Source: Paraclostridium sp.
GTDB taxonomy: Bacteria > Bacillota > Clostridia > Peptostreptococcales > Peptostreptococcaceae
Reading direction: 5' to 3'
NCBI RefSeq assembly: GCF_051657365.1
Contig: NZ_JBOFKN010000029.1
Location: forward strand, 1 to 42,715
DNA: 42,715 nucleotides
The position numbers and the translations under genes are program-made. The notes under the pieces were generated by a model that ran no database searches, was not told where the DNA came from, and was given only the letters and a program-made list of their open reading frames with translations. Positions 20,893-30,290 of the stretch are shown one piece after another (positions within the stretch are counted from its first letter, which is position 1; each line of letters begins with the position of its first letter).

Positions 20893-21953
20893 TGAAATTT
20901 GAAAAATATATAAGAGTTAAGAATGAACAAAAGGATTTTCTTGTTGGTACATCAAGTTCAAATATTATTATTAAAAATATTGTTGAAAAAATATTTAAAA
21001 TAGAAAATGGAAATATAATTATTGGCAATGATGCTATTGAATTGGAAAGATTGTATCTAAATAAAGTTAATCTTGATGAAAATATTATTTGTAGTGTGGA
21101 AAAAGAGATTAGTTTATTACATAAAAAAATCCAGTTAATGGTTAAGAATAAGGAAGAACAATTAGAATTTATAGACAACAAAATTAAAGAGATTAAAGAA
21201 GCAATAGACTATGCAATAGGACTAAGAAATAAATCTGTATATGACGTTATAGGAGTTATTAATAATAGTTTTTCAAACATAATAACAAAGAATATTATAT
21301 TTTCTGATAATTTAAATACATTTAATGGGAAATATTCATTTTTAAGTGGAGAGAGAACTATATTAGAAAATAATAGTTATGAAATAATAGAGCATTCAGC
21401 AAATTATAAGTTGGAGATAAAACTAAAAAATAGAAACTTCATAAATTATATTATGTTTAACGATTCTTTAAAAACAATAGATACGTTTAAAGTTCAATTT
21501 CTTGATTCTAATACAACAGTTAAAGAGATAAAAGAGGTAGATATAAATATATCCCCACTTATTACAGCAAATATTAGTTGTAACAGAGTTGTTATTGAAG
21601 GTGTTGGAGCTAGAGAAATAGTATCTAATTTTAAAATATGTGTTGGTAAGAATAACTATAATTATAATAGAGCAATATCGGTATATGAATGTGATTTCTC
21701 TAATAATAAGTTATCAGAAAATTTCTTATTTAAATGTAATGATGATATAAAGATTTTCTTGTATCCTAAAAAAGAATTTATTTTAGATGAATCTTTAACA
21801 TATCAAGAATTTAAAGAAAAATATTATCTAATAGAAAACATAGTTAGAACAGATGTATCTAGTGTTGTAAATCTTCAGGATAATTACATAATATGTTTCT
21901 TAGAAACTAATAACGATATTTTACAAGAATTAAAAATTTATGGAGTTGATTAA
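20892..21953 (+). CDS. Hypothetical protein (353 aa)
   Basis: ATG overlapping the upstream stop. Same strand and operon. Confidence 0.75.
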   Translation: MKFEKYIRVKNEQKDFLVGTSSSNIIIKNIVEKIFKIENGNIIIGNDAIELERLYLNKVNLDENIICSVEKEISLLHKKIQLMVKNKEEQLEFIDNKIKEIKEAIDYAIGLRNKSVYDVIGVINNSFSNIITKNIIFSDNLNTFNGKYSFLSGERTILENNSYEIIEHSANYKLEIKLKNRNFINYIMFNDSLKTIDTFKVQFLDSNTTVKEIKEVDINISPLITANISCNRVVIEGVGAREIVSNFKICVGKNNYNYNRAISVYECDFSNNKLSENFLFKCNDDIKIFLYPKKEFILDESLTYQEFKEKYYLIENIVRTDVSSVVNLQDNYIICFLETNNDILQELKIYGVD

Positions 21954-24900
21954 TTTGCCTAAAAAGATTTTAGATATAGAAAAAATAGGAGAAAAGGGTA
22001 AGCTTGAAGTTTCTTATTTGAAATTAATTTTAAAAGAACTTTTATATGATATAAAGCTCGAATCTGAAAAAACAGATGATTTTAAACTGGATATTTCAAT
22101 AATGCTTGGATTACTTAATGATAAAGGCATTATTTCAAAGGAAGAGTACGAAGAACTTAAAGACAAAATAAGTTCTATAGTTGGGGATAATTCTAATGTT
22201 GATTCCTCTCTTGGAGATAGTGGATTATCTGATGAAGTGAAAGAAGAGATAATAAGAAAATCTTCATTTAAAGGTTTTTTTAAGACGTACGAAGGATTAA
22301 TTGCACAACATCCAAACGAAAAATGTAAGCATGGAGATTTTGCATATGTAAAAGATTTTGAAGCTGGAAGATATGATATTAATGCAATAACTGAATATAT
22401 TTATGATATTAAATTTTCTAAATGGATGGTAGCTAGTGATGAAACTGTTTTAAGAAACTTTAGACCAAGAGTAGAGAATTCTAATAACAGAAATGTAGAA
22501 CCTCTTGATAAAGATATAATAATGTACAATCAAGCTATTAAAAGATGGTTTTCTGTAACTTTAGAGGAAGCTGATATAGCTAGAAATTCAGTGATGTTAT
22601 CTCATATAAGTGATAGAGTAATTATAGAAAAAGATGATAGCTCTATAAATCAAGAAGCTAAGATAAATGATGGAAGAATAATGGTCCTTTCTGATGAAAA
22701 TTCAAATCCATTGAGACACCCTTCTCATATAAGTAATTTAGATGTTAGTAAAATTGTTAATCAAATAAATGATGATTATTATAAAACTATAGTTTTAAAT
22801 ACATTTTTAGATCAATTAGGAGTTGAGAGGATAGAAGTAGATTCCAATGACGTTGATTTGTATGGTAATGATATTCAAAAGAATATCACTAATAAAACAT
22901 TAAGAATGATTTTATCTAAAATTTATGAAGGATTTGATAGAACATTTAATATAGCTATTGATGAAAATACAAAGAGAATTATTAATGTAAATGATATAGA
23001 ACATAATAAATATATAACTAGAACCATTAGGACTTATGATGTTGATAAGTTGATATCTAGAATAAATGATGATTATTATAATTCTTTTGAAAATAAAGAT
23101 TTTACAGATAAAGCATACAGTGAATTATTAATAACTACTATTAATGAGTTTTCTTCTATTTTAAAGCTACCAGAAGGAGATTTAGAGGGTATAATAACAA
23201 GATTAGGTAATTTGTATGCAGGTGATGTCATAAGCGATTTAAACGAAGAATACAAAGAATATGAGAATAATAAAAATGTTTCTGTAGAAATTATGAGAAA
23301 GATTATCAAGACATTAAATTACTTACAAATATCTAAAGATATTTTGAGAGATGAACTTCTTGAGAGAGATAACATAATAAATGGAGATAAAAATTATACT
23401 GGAAATATAGACTTCAGTGGTATTACATCTTATATAAAATCTAATTCAAAGTTTGTTGAATTTTTAAATATACTTGGAGAAACCATAAATAATCACAAAA
23501 AAATAACATTTGGAAATACTTCAGGTGAGACTATAAACAATAATAGAAATGTTATATATACTAATGAAACTGGTAAAACAGAAAATAATCATTTCAATAT
23601 AAATTTTACAAATGAAAATGGAATAATGGATATAAAATCTAAAAATATAAATTTATCAAATGAAGATTTGGAACTTAGCATAAAAGGTATTACTAGATTT
23701 TTAGGTGATGCACATTTCTTTGGAAATATGTATATTTCTGATAGTTCTAAAATAGTTGAAGTTAATGCTGAAAAAGTTACATACAAAGATAATATTTTGG
23801 AATTAAACAATGGAGAAAAAGGAGCTGGAGTAACATTTGGAAAATCTGGTATGTATGTTGATAGAGGTCAATCTAAAGACTACTTTTTTGGATTTGATGA
23901 AATAAGGGACGAATTCGTCACAGGATTTGTAAATGATGAGTCTAATGAATCTATAGCTAATATCAATCCAGTTTTAAACAGAAGCAATTCAGAAATGTTG
24001 GAAAATTTAAAACCTTTCGTTTGGGATGAACAAAACAAAAGAGCTATAACAAGTTCTAATATTGATTTAGATATAAATGGCTGTATAAATTTTAAGATAA
24101 CTGTCCCGAATCACTCATTTAAACTATTGGATGTCGTTAGATTTCAAGATACAGATTTAGTTTTATCTAATTGTAATTCTTTAGATGAATCTATAGTTGT
24201 TGGTATTGTATCAAAAATTAAAGGTGATGATGTTTATGTAGCAACTAGCGGAATAATACCTTTAGTTATAAAAGGCATTAGTAGTGGAACTGTTTTATTT
24301 CTACAACCAGATGGAAGTTTAGGAATTGATAATTCTCATTTGATTTCAAAAGAAGTTGCTATCCAAAGTGAAAATGGAATAATAATAAATATTCAAAAGT
24401 CAGCAGAATTAAATAATTCTTATACTTCGTATCAAACAAATCATAACCTTAAAAAATTTGATGCTGTTATTATGGATGATAATGGATTTTTAATAAAAGC
24501 AAGCAGTGAATTTATAGAAACAGCAGAAGTTTTCGGAATAGTTTCAAAAGTTACTCAATATTCTGTACAAGTTGTAACATCAGGATTTATAGAAGGAGAA
24601 TTAGTTAGTCCTATTGGATCAACTTTATTTTTACAACATGATGGAGGAATTTCCAATCAGAAAGATTCTAATATTGAAAAAGCTATTGGAACTAAAGTTA
24701 ATTTAGGAATTTATGTAAACATAAAACTAGGAGTTAAAAAGATTGGAATTAAGGATAAACAAATTGTTACTGAAAAGCATAATGAAACAAATAGTCTTGT
24801 TGAAATAAAAAGTAATTATAAATTTAAGACAGGAGATTTATTAACACTAGAAGAAAGTGGTAAATATAATAGTTTTGACAATGTTAAAAACTCACCAATC

Positions 24901-25476
24901 GGAATAGTTGTTAAAGCGTATATAAATAAGAATGGTGAAAATAAATATTTAATTAGTACATCTAATTTTATTTCTTATAATGAAATTTCAATGGAAACAT
25001 TTATAAATGAATATGGTTTTGATATTTTACCAGGAGATACACTTTATTATGGCCACTCTTTTAATACAAAATCTGGAGAATATACTTTAGGAAGATTCTC
25101 TGACAATGGATTTTTCTTTAACTTTAATAAAAAAGAAATTAAGAAAGATAATATTGTTAAACAAAATAAAGAGTTTATAGCTTTGCTTCCTAATAAATAT
25201 TACAGAATAAAAACTGAAAGTTTGTCTATGAATACTATTCAAGTATTTCACTCTGATACAAAAGGTTTTGCTAAGATAGATTTAATAAACAACAATTCAC
25301 TTAATAATAAATTTTTATTTGCTAAGTTGATATATGGAACTCACTTAGTAAGATTATTTAATCATTGTGGTGAATTTATAATAAGTCCAAACAATAACGA
25401 GATTCTTATATATAGCGAATTAGAATTAGTTGAAACTAATTTCAGTGACGATTTTATAAGTATTACTCTTGAATAA
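21940..25476 (+). CDS. Large fibre/spike-like structural protein (1,178 aa) with three internal ~110-aa repeats in its C-terminal third
   Basis: Long ORF. An alternative TTG start at 21955 has GGAG 9 nt upstream. Repeats (V/F)GIVSK...SG(I/F)I...G(T/S)(V/T)LFLQ(P/H)DG and ...PIGIVVK...GDTLYYGH at about 24150-25100. Asn/Gly/Thr-rich beta-strand segments typical of fibres. Confidence 0.8.
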   Translation: MELINLPKKILDIEKIGEKGKLEVSYLKLILKELLYDIKLESEKTDDFKLDISIMLGLLNDKGIISKEEYEELKDKISSIVGDNSNVDSSLGDSGLSDEVKEEIIRKSSFKGFFKTYEGLIAQHPNEKCKHGDFAYVKDFEAGRYDINAITEYIYDIKFSKWMVASDETVLRNFRPRVENSNNRNVEPLDKDIIMYNQAIKRWFSVTLEEADIARNSVMLSHISDRVIIEKDDSSINQEAKINDGRIMVLSDENSNPLRHPSHISNLDVSKIVNQINDDYYKTIVLNTFLDQLGVERIEVDSNDVDLYGNDIQKNITNKTLRMILSKIYEGFDRTFNIAIDENTKRIINVNDIEHNKYITRTIRTYDVDKLISRINDDYYNSFENKDFTDKAYSELLITTINEFSSILKLPEGDLEGIITRLGNLYAGDVISDLNEEYKEYENNKNVSVEIMRKIIKTLNYLQISKDILRDELLERDNIINGDKNYTGNIDFSGITSYIKSNSKFVEFLNILGETINNHKKITFGNTSGETINNNRNVIYTNETGKTENNHFNINFTNENGIMDIKSKNINLSNEDLELSIKGITRFLGDAHFFGNMYISDSSKIVEVNAEKVTYKDNILELNNGEKGAGVTFGKSGMYVDRGQSKDYFFGFDEIRDEFVTGFVNDESNESIANINPVLNRSNSEMLENLKPFVWDEQNKRAITSSNIDLDINGCINFKITVPNHSFKLLDVVRFQDTDLVLSNCNSLDESIVVGIVSKIKGDDVYVATSGIIPLVIKGISSGTVLFLQPDGSLGIDNSHLISKEVAIQSENGIIINIQKSAELNNSYTSYQTNHNLKKFDAVIMDDNGFLIKASSEFIETAEVFGIVSKVTQYSVQVVTSGFIEGELVSPIGSTLFLQHDGGISNQKDSNIEKAIGTKVNLGIYVNIKLGVKKIGIKDKQIVTEKHNETNSLVEIKSNYKFKTGDLLTLEESGKYNSFDNVKNSPIGIVVKAYINKNGENKYLISTSNFISYNEISMETFINEYGFDILPGDTLYYGHSFNTKSGEYTLGRFSDNGFFFNFNKKEIKKDNIVKQNKEFIALLPNKYYRIKTESLSMNTIQVFHSDTKGFAKIDLINNNSLNNKFLFAKLIYGTHLVRLFNHCGEFIISPNNNEILIYSELELVETNFSDDFISITLE

Positions 25477-25489
25477 GGTGGTTAAACAA

Positions 25490-27451
25490 ATGAACAGAAA
25501 TAATTCTACGGTAGAATTACTAACTCCAGAAGAAATAATCAAAGTATTATCAGAAAAAATAAATAAATCTGATATTACAGATAATTATATTTTAGACCCT
25601 TTAGATTATAAAAAAGTATTGTCTCAACCTGGAGCTAAAAAGTTATTTGATGATATAAATAGTTTGAAAATAAATATAGATGATATAACTCACGAATTCA
25701 ATCCTGAAGTTGGAGAAATTCTCAAAGTATTATCTCAAAAGGGTGCTAAAGAGTTATATGATGATATAAACGTTAATAAGATTGATTTTAAAGATTTGAC
25801 GAATGAATATAACTTAGATTCTCCTTCCAATAAAAAAGCATTATCTCAAGATGGAGCAAATTTACTTTATAAAAAAGTATGTGAAAAAATAACTACTGAT
25901 GCTGTATCTGTAACTGATATAACAAATGAGTTTGAAAATGTTGAAGTACCTTCAGAAACTAAAGTGTTATCTCAAAAAGGTGCTGTTGATTTGTTTAACG
26001 AAGCAGCTCTTAAAAGAGATATAGTTGATGATTATGAAAATGATTTAGATAATGAAAGTGCAACTGAAGAAGAATTAAAAAATAAAGTTTTTTCATGGAA
26101 AGGTGCTAGAAGTTTATTTAGATATTTAAATAATAATTTTGTATCTAAGTATGGATCTGCAATACTTGGTAATTTAACTTTTCCGATAAACAATGTTAAA
26201 AATGGTATTGGAATAAATTTCTTTTCCAAAGACCATGGATTTAAAATATATGCTGAAAATGATTTAAAAGAAAAGACTTTAAAAATAAGTTCTAATAAAA
26301 CTGATTTATTAAAACTATTTCATGAAAGAATGGAAATTACAAAGAATAGTATTTTCAAAAGAAATATAGGCGTTAACTCTGTTGATGAACCTAAATATAA
26401 TATGACTATAGAAAATAAAAATGGAATACATATAGAAAATGGTAATATGGTTTTTTATCTAAATGATTTACCTATTATGCATGTATCAGAAGAAGGATTG
26501 TACGTATTTAATTCTGTTGTTTCTACAGAGAACAAACCAGTTAATGCAGTTTCAATAGATGTGCATCAGGTAGAACATGGATTCCACAATCAACTTGTAT
26601 GTTATTTTGAAGGAAAATGGAAAATAGCTGATTTGAAAAAAGAGCATACTGCAGATGGGTGGGCTACTAGAATAGATGATGATAACTTTAGAGTTTTCTT
26701 TTCTGGGCTAGTTGAATTAGATGACACTATAAGAGATGATGAAGGAAATAAGTTACAAATAGGTGAATATTATTTTGTATCTCAAGATGTTAATGGAGCT
26801 TTAATGAGAACAAGATGTTTAGATGGGGTTGAACAAATAGCTCTAAAAACTGTAGCTGTAAATAATAAATTAAAAGGACAATTATTATTAACTGACGAGG
26901 CTAATTTTAATTTATTAACTAACTTTAATATAGATGATAATGGTAATGTTTCTACAGTTGAAACATTATATAAACTTATAGAAACTGTTGATACAATGAA
27001 AGGCGATATTTTACACATGGGACATAGAATAGAAGAACTCGAAGGAGTTGTTACAGACTATGACAGATTATATGAAAATAACTTTGTTGAAGAAACTTAT
27101 AAAAATCATCCTTTCTTGTTTAATGCAGTACATAACGCTGGTGAAGTTTGGGAGATGGCTAATTTATCATTAGAAAGAATTGCTGATGCTGTAGCCATAA
27201 AGAAAGATAACGAGACATACATATTAGTAACTAAAGGAACTATAGAAATTCCAGCAGGAGCTTTGGATGATGAAGGTAAAGAATTTATTTCTGGCGAGTA
27301 TTACTATGTATCTCATAATGTTGTTGGTGGATTCTCAAGATATAAAAGCCAAGAACTTGATGTTGATCAATTGGCATTTAAAGTTATAAAGCATAAAAAT
27401 AAGATGAAAGCTATCATATTAATAAACGAGGAGGCTAATTTAGATTATTAA
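25490..27451 (+). CDS. Tail-fibre-like protein (about 654 aa) with 5 tandem ~40-aa repeats and two copies of a C-terminal GEYY(F/Y)VS module
   Basis: ATG at 25490 with AAGGTGG RBS 8 nt upstream (the track start at 25469 is TTG). Repeats of K.LSQ.GAK.L.DDIN...DIT.EF; C-terminal ...GEYYFVSQDVNGALMR... and ...GEYYYVSHNVVGGFSR.... Confidence 0.8.
   Translation: MNRNNSTVELLTPEEIIKVLSEKINKSDITDNYILDPLDYKKVLSQPGAKKLFDDINSLKINIDDITHEFNPEVGEILKVLSQKGAKELYDDINVNKIDFKDLTNEYNLDSPSNKKALSQDGANLLYKKVCEKITTDAVSVTDITNEFENVEVPSETKVLSQKGAVDLFNEAALKRDIVDDYENDLDNESATEEELKNKVFSWKGARSLFRYLNNNFVSKYGSAILGNLTFPINNVKNGIGINFFSKDHGFKIYAENDLKEKTLKISSNKTDLLKLFHERMEITKNSIFKRNIGVNSVDEPKYNMTIENKNGIHIENGNMVFYLNDLPIMHVSEEGLYVFNSVVSTENKPVNAVSIDVHQVEHGFHNQLVCYFEGKWKIADLKKEHTADGWATRIDDDNFRVFFSGLVELDDTIRDDEGNKLQIGEYYFVSQDVNGALMRTRCLDGVEQIALKTVAVNNKLKGQLLLTDEANFNLLTNFNIDDNGNVSTVETLYKLIETVDTMKGDILHMGHRIEELEGVVTDYDRLYENNFVEETYKNHPFLFNAVHNAGEVWEMANLSLERIADAVAIKKDNETYILVTKGTIEIPAGALDDEGKEFISGEYYYVSHNVVGGFSRYKSQELDVDQLAFKVIKHKNKMKAIILINEEANLDY
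25598..26144 (+). repeat. Five tandem ~40-aa coding repeats (consensus K(V/A)LSQ(K/P/D)GA(K/V/N).L(F/Y).(D/K)...(D/N)ITNE(F/Y))
   Basis: Read directly from the translation; the period is about 120 nt. Confidence 0.6.
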
Positions 27452-27458
27452 AATTAAA

Positions 27459-27511
27459 ACTTTCCGTCGTGACGGAAAGAATAAAAAGTGACGAATTCGT
27501 CACTTTTTTTT
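27459..27511 (+). terminator. Tandem double terminator: CTTTCCGTCGTGACGGAAAG hairpin, then the perfect 18-bp palindrome AGTGACGAATTCGTCACT followed by a T-run
   Basis: Two consecutive inverted repeats immediately after the stop at 27451, the second followed by TTTTTTTTT. The second hairpin carries the over-represented GACGAATTCGTC motif. Confidence 0.7.
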
Positions 27512-27600
27512 ATTTATATTATTCAAGTGGCATTAAAATGACAAAATTACAAATTTTGATAAAATTTAGTCTATTCTGTAATCCAAAATTTTCTAAGTTT

Positions 27601-28452
27601 ATGCACAAAAGGCAGGTGATATTTAAATTGGCAAAATCAAGAATTACTAAATTGGATTTCGTAAAGCAACATGACATACATTTTTACCAGGCTACTGGTG
27701 CGAATAGTATAGTGTTGACTTCATCTAACTCTAATTTGTGTTCAGCTTACAAGAAAGGAATGATAATTTACTTTATAGCTAATGCTACAAATACAGGAGC
27801 TATAAATATAAGTATCGACTCACTTCCTATAAAAAATGCCACAAAATTTGATGGTACACCATTTGTAGGTGGAGAAATTCTATTAGGATCACCATATATG
27901 TGGATATATAACGGTGAAGAATTTATGTTGTTAGGTAGTGAAGTTTCTGAAATTCAAGGTAATATAACTGACCTTGTAAATGAAATTTCTTCAATAAAAA
28001 CTAATATAACAACATTAGAAGAAAATCTAACTACTAAAGTTGGTAATATCGAATTTAATGAATTATTAAGTAGATTTGAAATAACTACATCTGAATTAGA
28101 TTCTAAAATAAATGATGTTAAAACTAATTTAGAAGAACTTAACAATACTACTAAAACTGATTTATTAGCTGTAATAGAAACTTTAAAAGCAAAAATAACG
28201 GATGCTTTTGAACAAGTTGGAGTTGATACAACTACTAAAATAAATGCAGTAGAAGAAAAACTAAAAAACAATATTTCAGATAGTATAAATACTGCTGAAA
28301 TTAAAATTGTGCTTGGAGAAAATTTTGACCCAACTGGTATTGAAGAATATCAAGAGAATACAGAATATACAGATGGTACTATGATTAAATATGAAGGAGA
28401 ATATGCTGTAGTTTATTCTGATGAAATTATTTTAACTGGTATCAAATACTAA
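27601..28452 (+). CDS. Fibre-like coiled-coil protein (about 275-284 aa)
   Basis: The ORF track begins at 27469, but that N-terminus lies in the terminator. Plausible starts are ATG 27601 or in-frame TTG 27628 (AGGTG RBS 9 nt upstream). Beta-rich N-terminal domain followed by T/N-rich heptad repeats. Confidence 0.65.
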   Translation: MHKRQVIFKLAKSRITKLDFVKQHDIHFYQATGANSIVLTSSNSNLCSAYKKGMIIYFIANATNTGAINISIDSLPIKNATKFDGTPFVGGEILLGSPYMWIYNGEEFMLLGSEVSEIQGNITDLVNEISSIKTNITTLEENLTTKVGNIEFNELLSRFEITTSELDSKINDVKTNLEELNNTTKTDLLAVIETLKAKITDAFEQVGVDTTTKINAVEEKLKNNISDSINTAEIKIVLGENFDPTGIEEYQENTEYTDGTMIKYEGEYAVVYSDEIILTGIKY

Positions 28453-28468
28453 ATTTAAGGAGAAAAAT

Positions 28469-29107
28469 ATGTCACAACAATTAAAAAAAATCACACTTTT
28501 ATCGAACGCTTTAGATGTTAAAGAATTAAGAAAAGCACTTGCTGCAATTGATCTTAAAAATGCAACAAAAGAAGAATTAGCAGCAGTTCAAACGCAAGTA
28601 AATCAAATTATTCAAACATTAACTGTTGATGATACTTCTTTAGATACTCTACAAGAAATTATCACATTCATCAAAGCTAACAAAACTTTATTAGATAACT
28701 TAGCTATTGATAACATCTTAGGATTAAGAACTGCTTTAGATGCAAAAGCTGAAACTACTGCATTAACTGCTTTAGAAACAAATATTAGAGAAGAGTTAAC
28801 AACTTTAGAAAATGATTTTACAGCAGCAATAAACACTGTGAATGCTAATATTGAAAAAGTAAAAACTGATTTATCTGGTGTTATGACTGCAGATAAAAAT
28901 GAGCTAAAGACATCTATCACAAAAGAAACTACTGATAGAACTGCGGCTAATTCTGAAATTGTATTCGGATCTAAAACTAAACCAGAGTCTATACCTACAT
29001 ATGATGAGACTTCTCACGTAATTGGAGATATTGTTGTAGATGCTGAAGGGAATCTTTGTATTGTTGAAGATGCACCAGCAAGTCAATCTAAATTTCCATT
29101 AAAATAA
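28469..29107 (+). CDS. Coiled-coil fibre-like protein (212 aa), compositionally distinct (Ala/Thr-rich, higher G+C than neighbours)
   Basis: ATG with AAGGAGAAAAAT RBS. Leu/Thr/Ala heptad-rich sequence. Followed by a very strong terminator. Confidence 0.75.
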   Translation: MSQQLKKITLLSNALDVKELRKALAAIDLKNATKEELAAVQTQVNQIIQTLTVDDTSLDTLQEIITFIKANKTLLDNLAIDNILGLRTALDAKAETTALTALETNIREELTTLENDFTAAINTVNANIEKVKTDLSGVMTADKNELKTSITKETTDRTAANSEIVFGSKTKPESIPTYDETSHVIGDIVVDAEGNLCIVEDAPASQSKFPLK

Positions 29108-29114
29108 TTTTTAT

Positions 29115-29145
29115 AGGTGTGTGTTAATTAACACACACCTTTTTA
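29115..29145 (+). terminator. Rho-independent terminator, perfect 26-bp palindrome AGGTGTGTGTTAATTAACACACACCT plus T-run
   Basis: Seen directly; 11-13 bp stem, followed by TTTTT. Confidence 0.75.
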
Positions 29146-29166
29146 ATAAACCATAGAGGTGAGTGT

Positions 29167-30219
29167 ATGAAATTAACAAAAATTTCTTTACTAAGTTTAT
29201 CTAAAAAAATAGTTGAATTTGTTAAAGAATTTAATGTTTTCAAAAGTGATAATGACAAAAAAATAATTAAAATAAATTCTGATATAGAACTGTTAAATCA
29301 AAAACTAATTGTTAATGATTCAGAATTCTCTACTTTAGAAAAAATAGTTAAATTTGTAAAAACGCTATCTGCAAAAATTTTAAATATTGAGAATACTGTA
29401 ATTCCAGAAATAAATAACAAAATAGATTCAAAGGCAACGAAAGTAGAAGTAGAAAATATAAAGTCTTTAGCAACAAAAAACGAACAAGAAATTCAAACTT
29501 TAGCACTTGATAAGGTTGATAAAACAAACTTCAGCTCTTTAGAATCGAAAGTTTCTTCTTTAGAAGGGATAACAAGTAATATTTCAGATAGTAAAGTTGA
29601 TAAAAATGAGTTGTTAAACTATTACAATAAAAATGAAACTATTGGAAAAATAGCAGAAGAATTAGAGAAAATTGTTGCTTCTGCACCTGGAACTTTAGAC
29701 ACGTTAAAAGAGTTAGCTGATGCGATTAATAATGACCCTAACTTTGCTAATAACATAGCTGTAGAACTTACTAAAAAAGCATCTAAAGAAGAATTAGCAA
29801 TATTAGAAAGAGTTTTGAATTCTAATTCTGAAGAAATAGCGATAATAAAAGGACAAAAGTTTTTAACTATAGAAAAAGTTAATCATGGATTTGTTTTTGA
29901 GCCTGTTTTTTACACTCCAGAAGGATGGGTAAAAGTAGATGTAAGTAAAGAACAAACAGCAGAAGGAATAGCTATAAAAGTAGATGATAATAAATTTAAT
30001 GTTTTTTTTGATGGCATAATCAACATACCTTCAGGATACAAAGATGATAGTGGAGATGAATTATCAAATGGCGAAATTTATTCTGTATCAAAAATAGGTG
30101 TTGGATTAGTTACTAAGAATATTTATAGCGAAGGAATAGTTCAATCGTTATATAAAGTTATAACAGAAAATGGAGTTAAAAAAGCATTTATTATACTAGA
30201 TGTTCCGTTCATGTTATAG
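29167..30219 (+). CDS. Fibre-like protein (350 aa): N-terminal coiled coil plus a C-terminal ~100-aa module shared with the 25490-27451 protein
   Basis: ATG with GAGGTGAG RBS. C-terminal KEQTAEGIAIKVDDNKFNVFFDGIINIPSGYKDDSGDELSNGEIYSVSK aligns with KEHTADGWATRIDDDNFRVFFSGLVELDDTIRDDEGNKLQIGEYYFVSQ of the upstream protein. Confidence 0.8.
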   Translation: MKLTKISLLSLSKKIVEFVKEFNVFKSDNDKKIIKINSDIELLNQKLIVNDSEFSTLEKIVKFVKTLSAKILNIENTVIPEINNKIDSKATKVEVENIKSLATKNEQEIQTLALDKVDKTNFSSLESKVSSLEGITSNISDSKVDKNELLNYYNKNETIGKIAEELEKIVASAPGTLDTLKELADAINNDPNFANNIAVELTKKASKEELAILERVLNSNSEEIAIIKGQKFLTIEKVNHGFVFEPVFYTPEGWVKVDVSKEQTAEGIAIKVDDNKFNVFFDGIINIPSGYKDDSGDELSNGEIYSVSKIGVGLVTKNIYSEGIVQSLYKVITENGVKKAFIILDVPFML

Positions 30220-30226
30220 TTTTTTT

Positions 30227-30260
30227 AAGGTTATCGCTTATATTGGTGATAACCTTTTTA
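30227..30260 (+). terminator. Rho-independent terminator AAGGTTATC...GATAACCTTTTT
   Basis: 9-bp inverted repeat plus T-run, 8 nt after the stop at 30219. Confidence 0.6.
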
Positions 30261-30290
30261 TTAAAGTAAATAAGGAGATGAAAACTATTT

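Noticed and set aside
23906-27503. Interpreting the GACGAATTCGTC copies at 23908 and 27489 as crossover sites of a tail-fibre DNA-inversion (shufflon/Gin-Hin) system
   Set aside because: The sites are fully palindromic, including the central AATT, so they carry no directionality. No invertase/recombinase gene is present in the window, and the flanks share no extended similarity. The alternative is kept only as a remote possibility under the palindrome finding.
27469-27600. N-terminal 44 residues of the track ORF 27469-28452
   Set aside because: This stretch overlaps the tandem terminator hairpins and a promoter-like AT-rich region. The real start is more plausibly ATG 27601 or TTG 27628.
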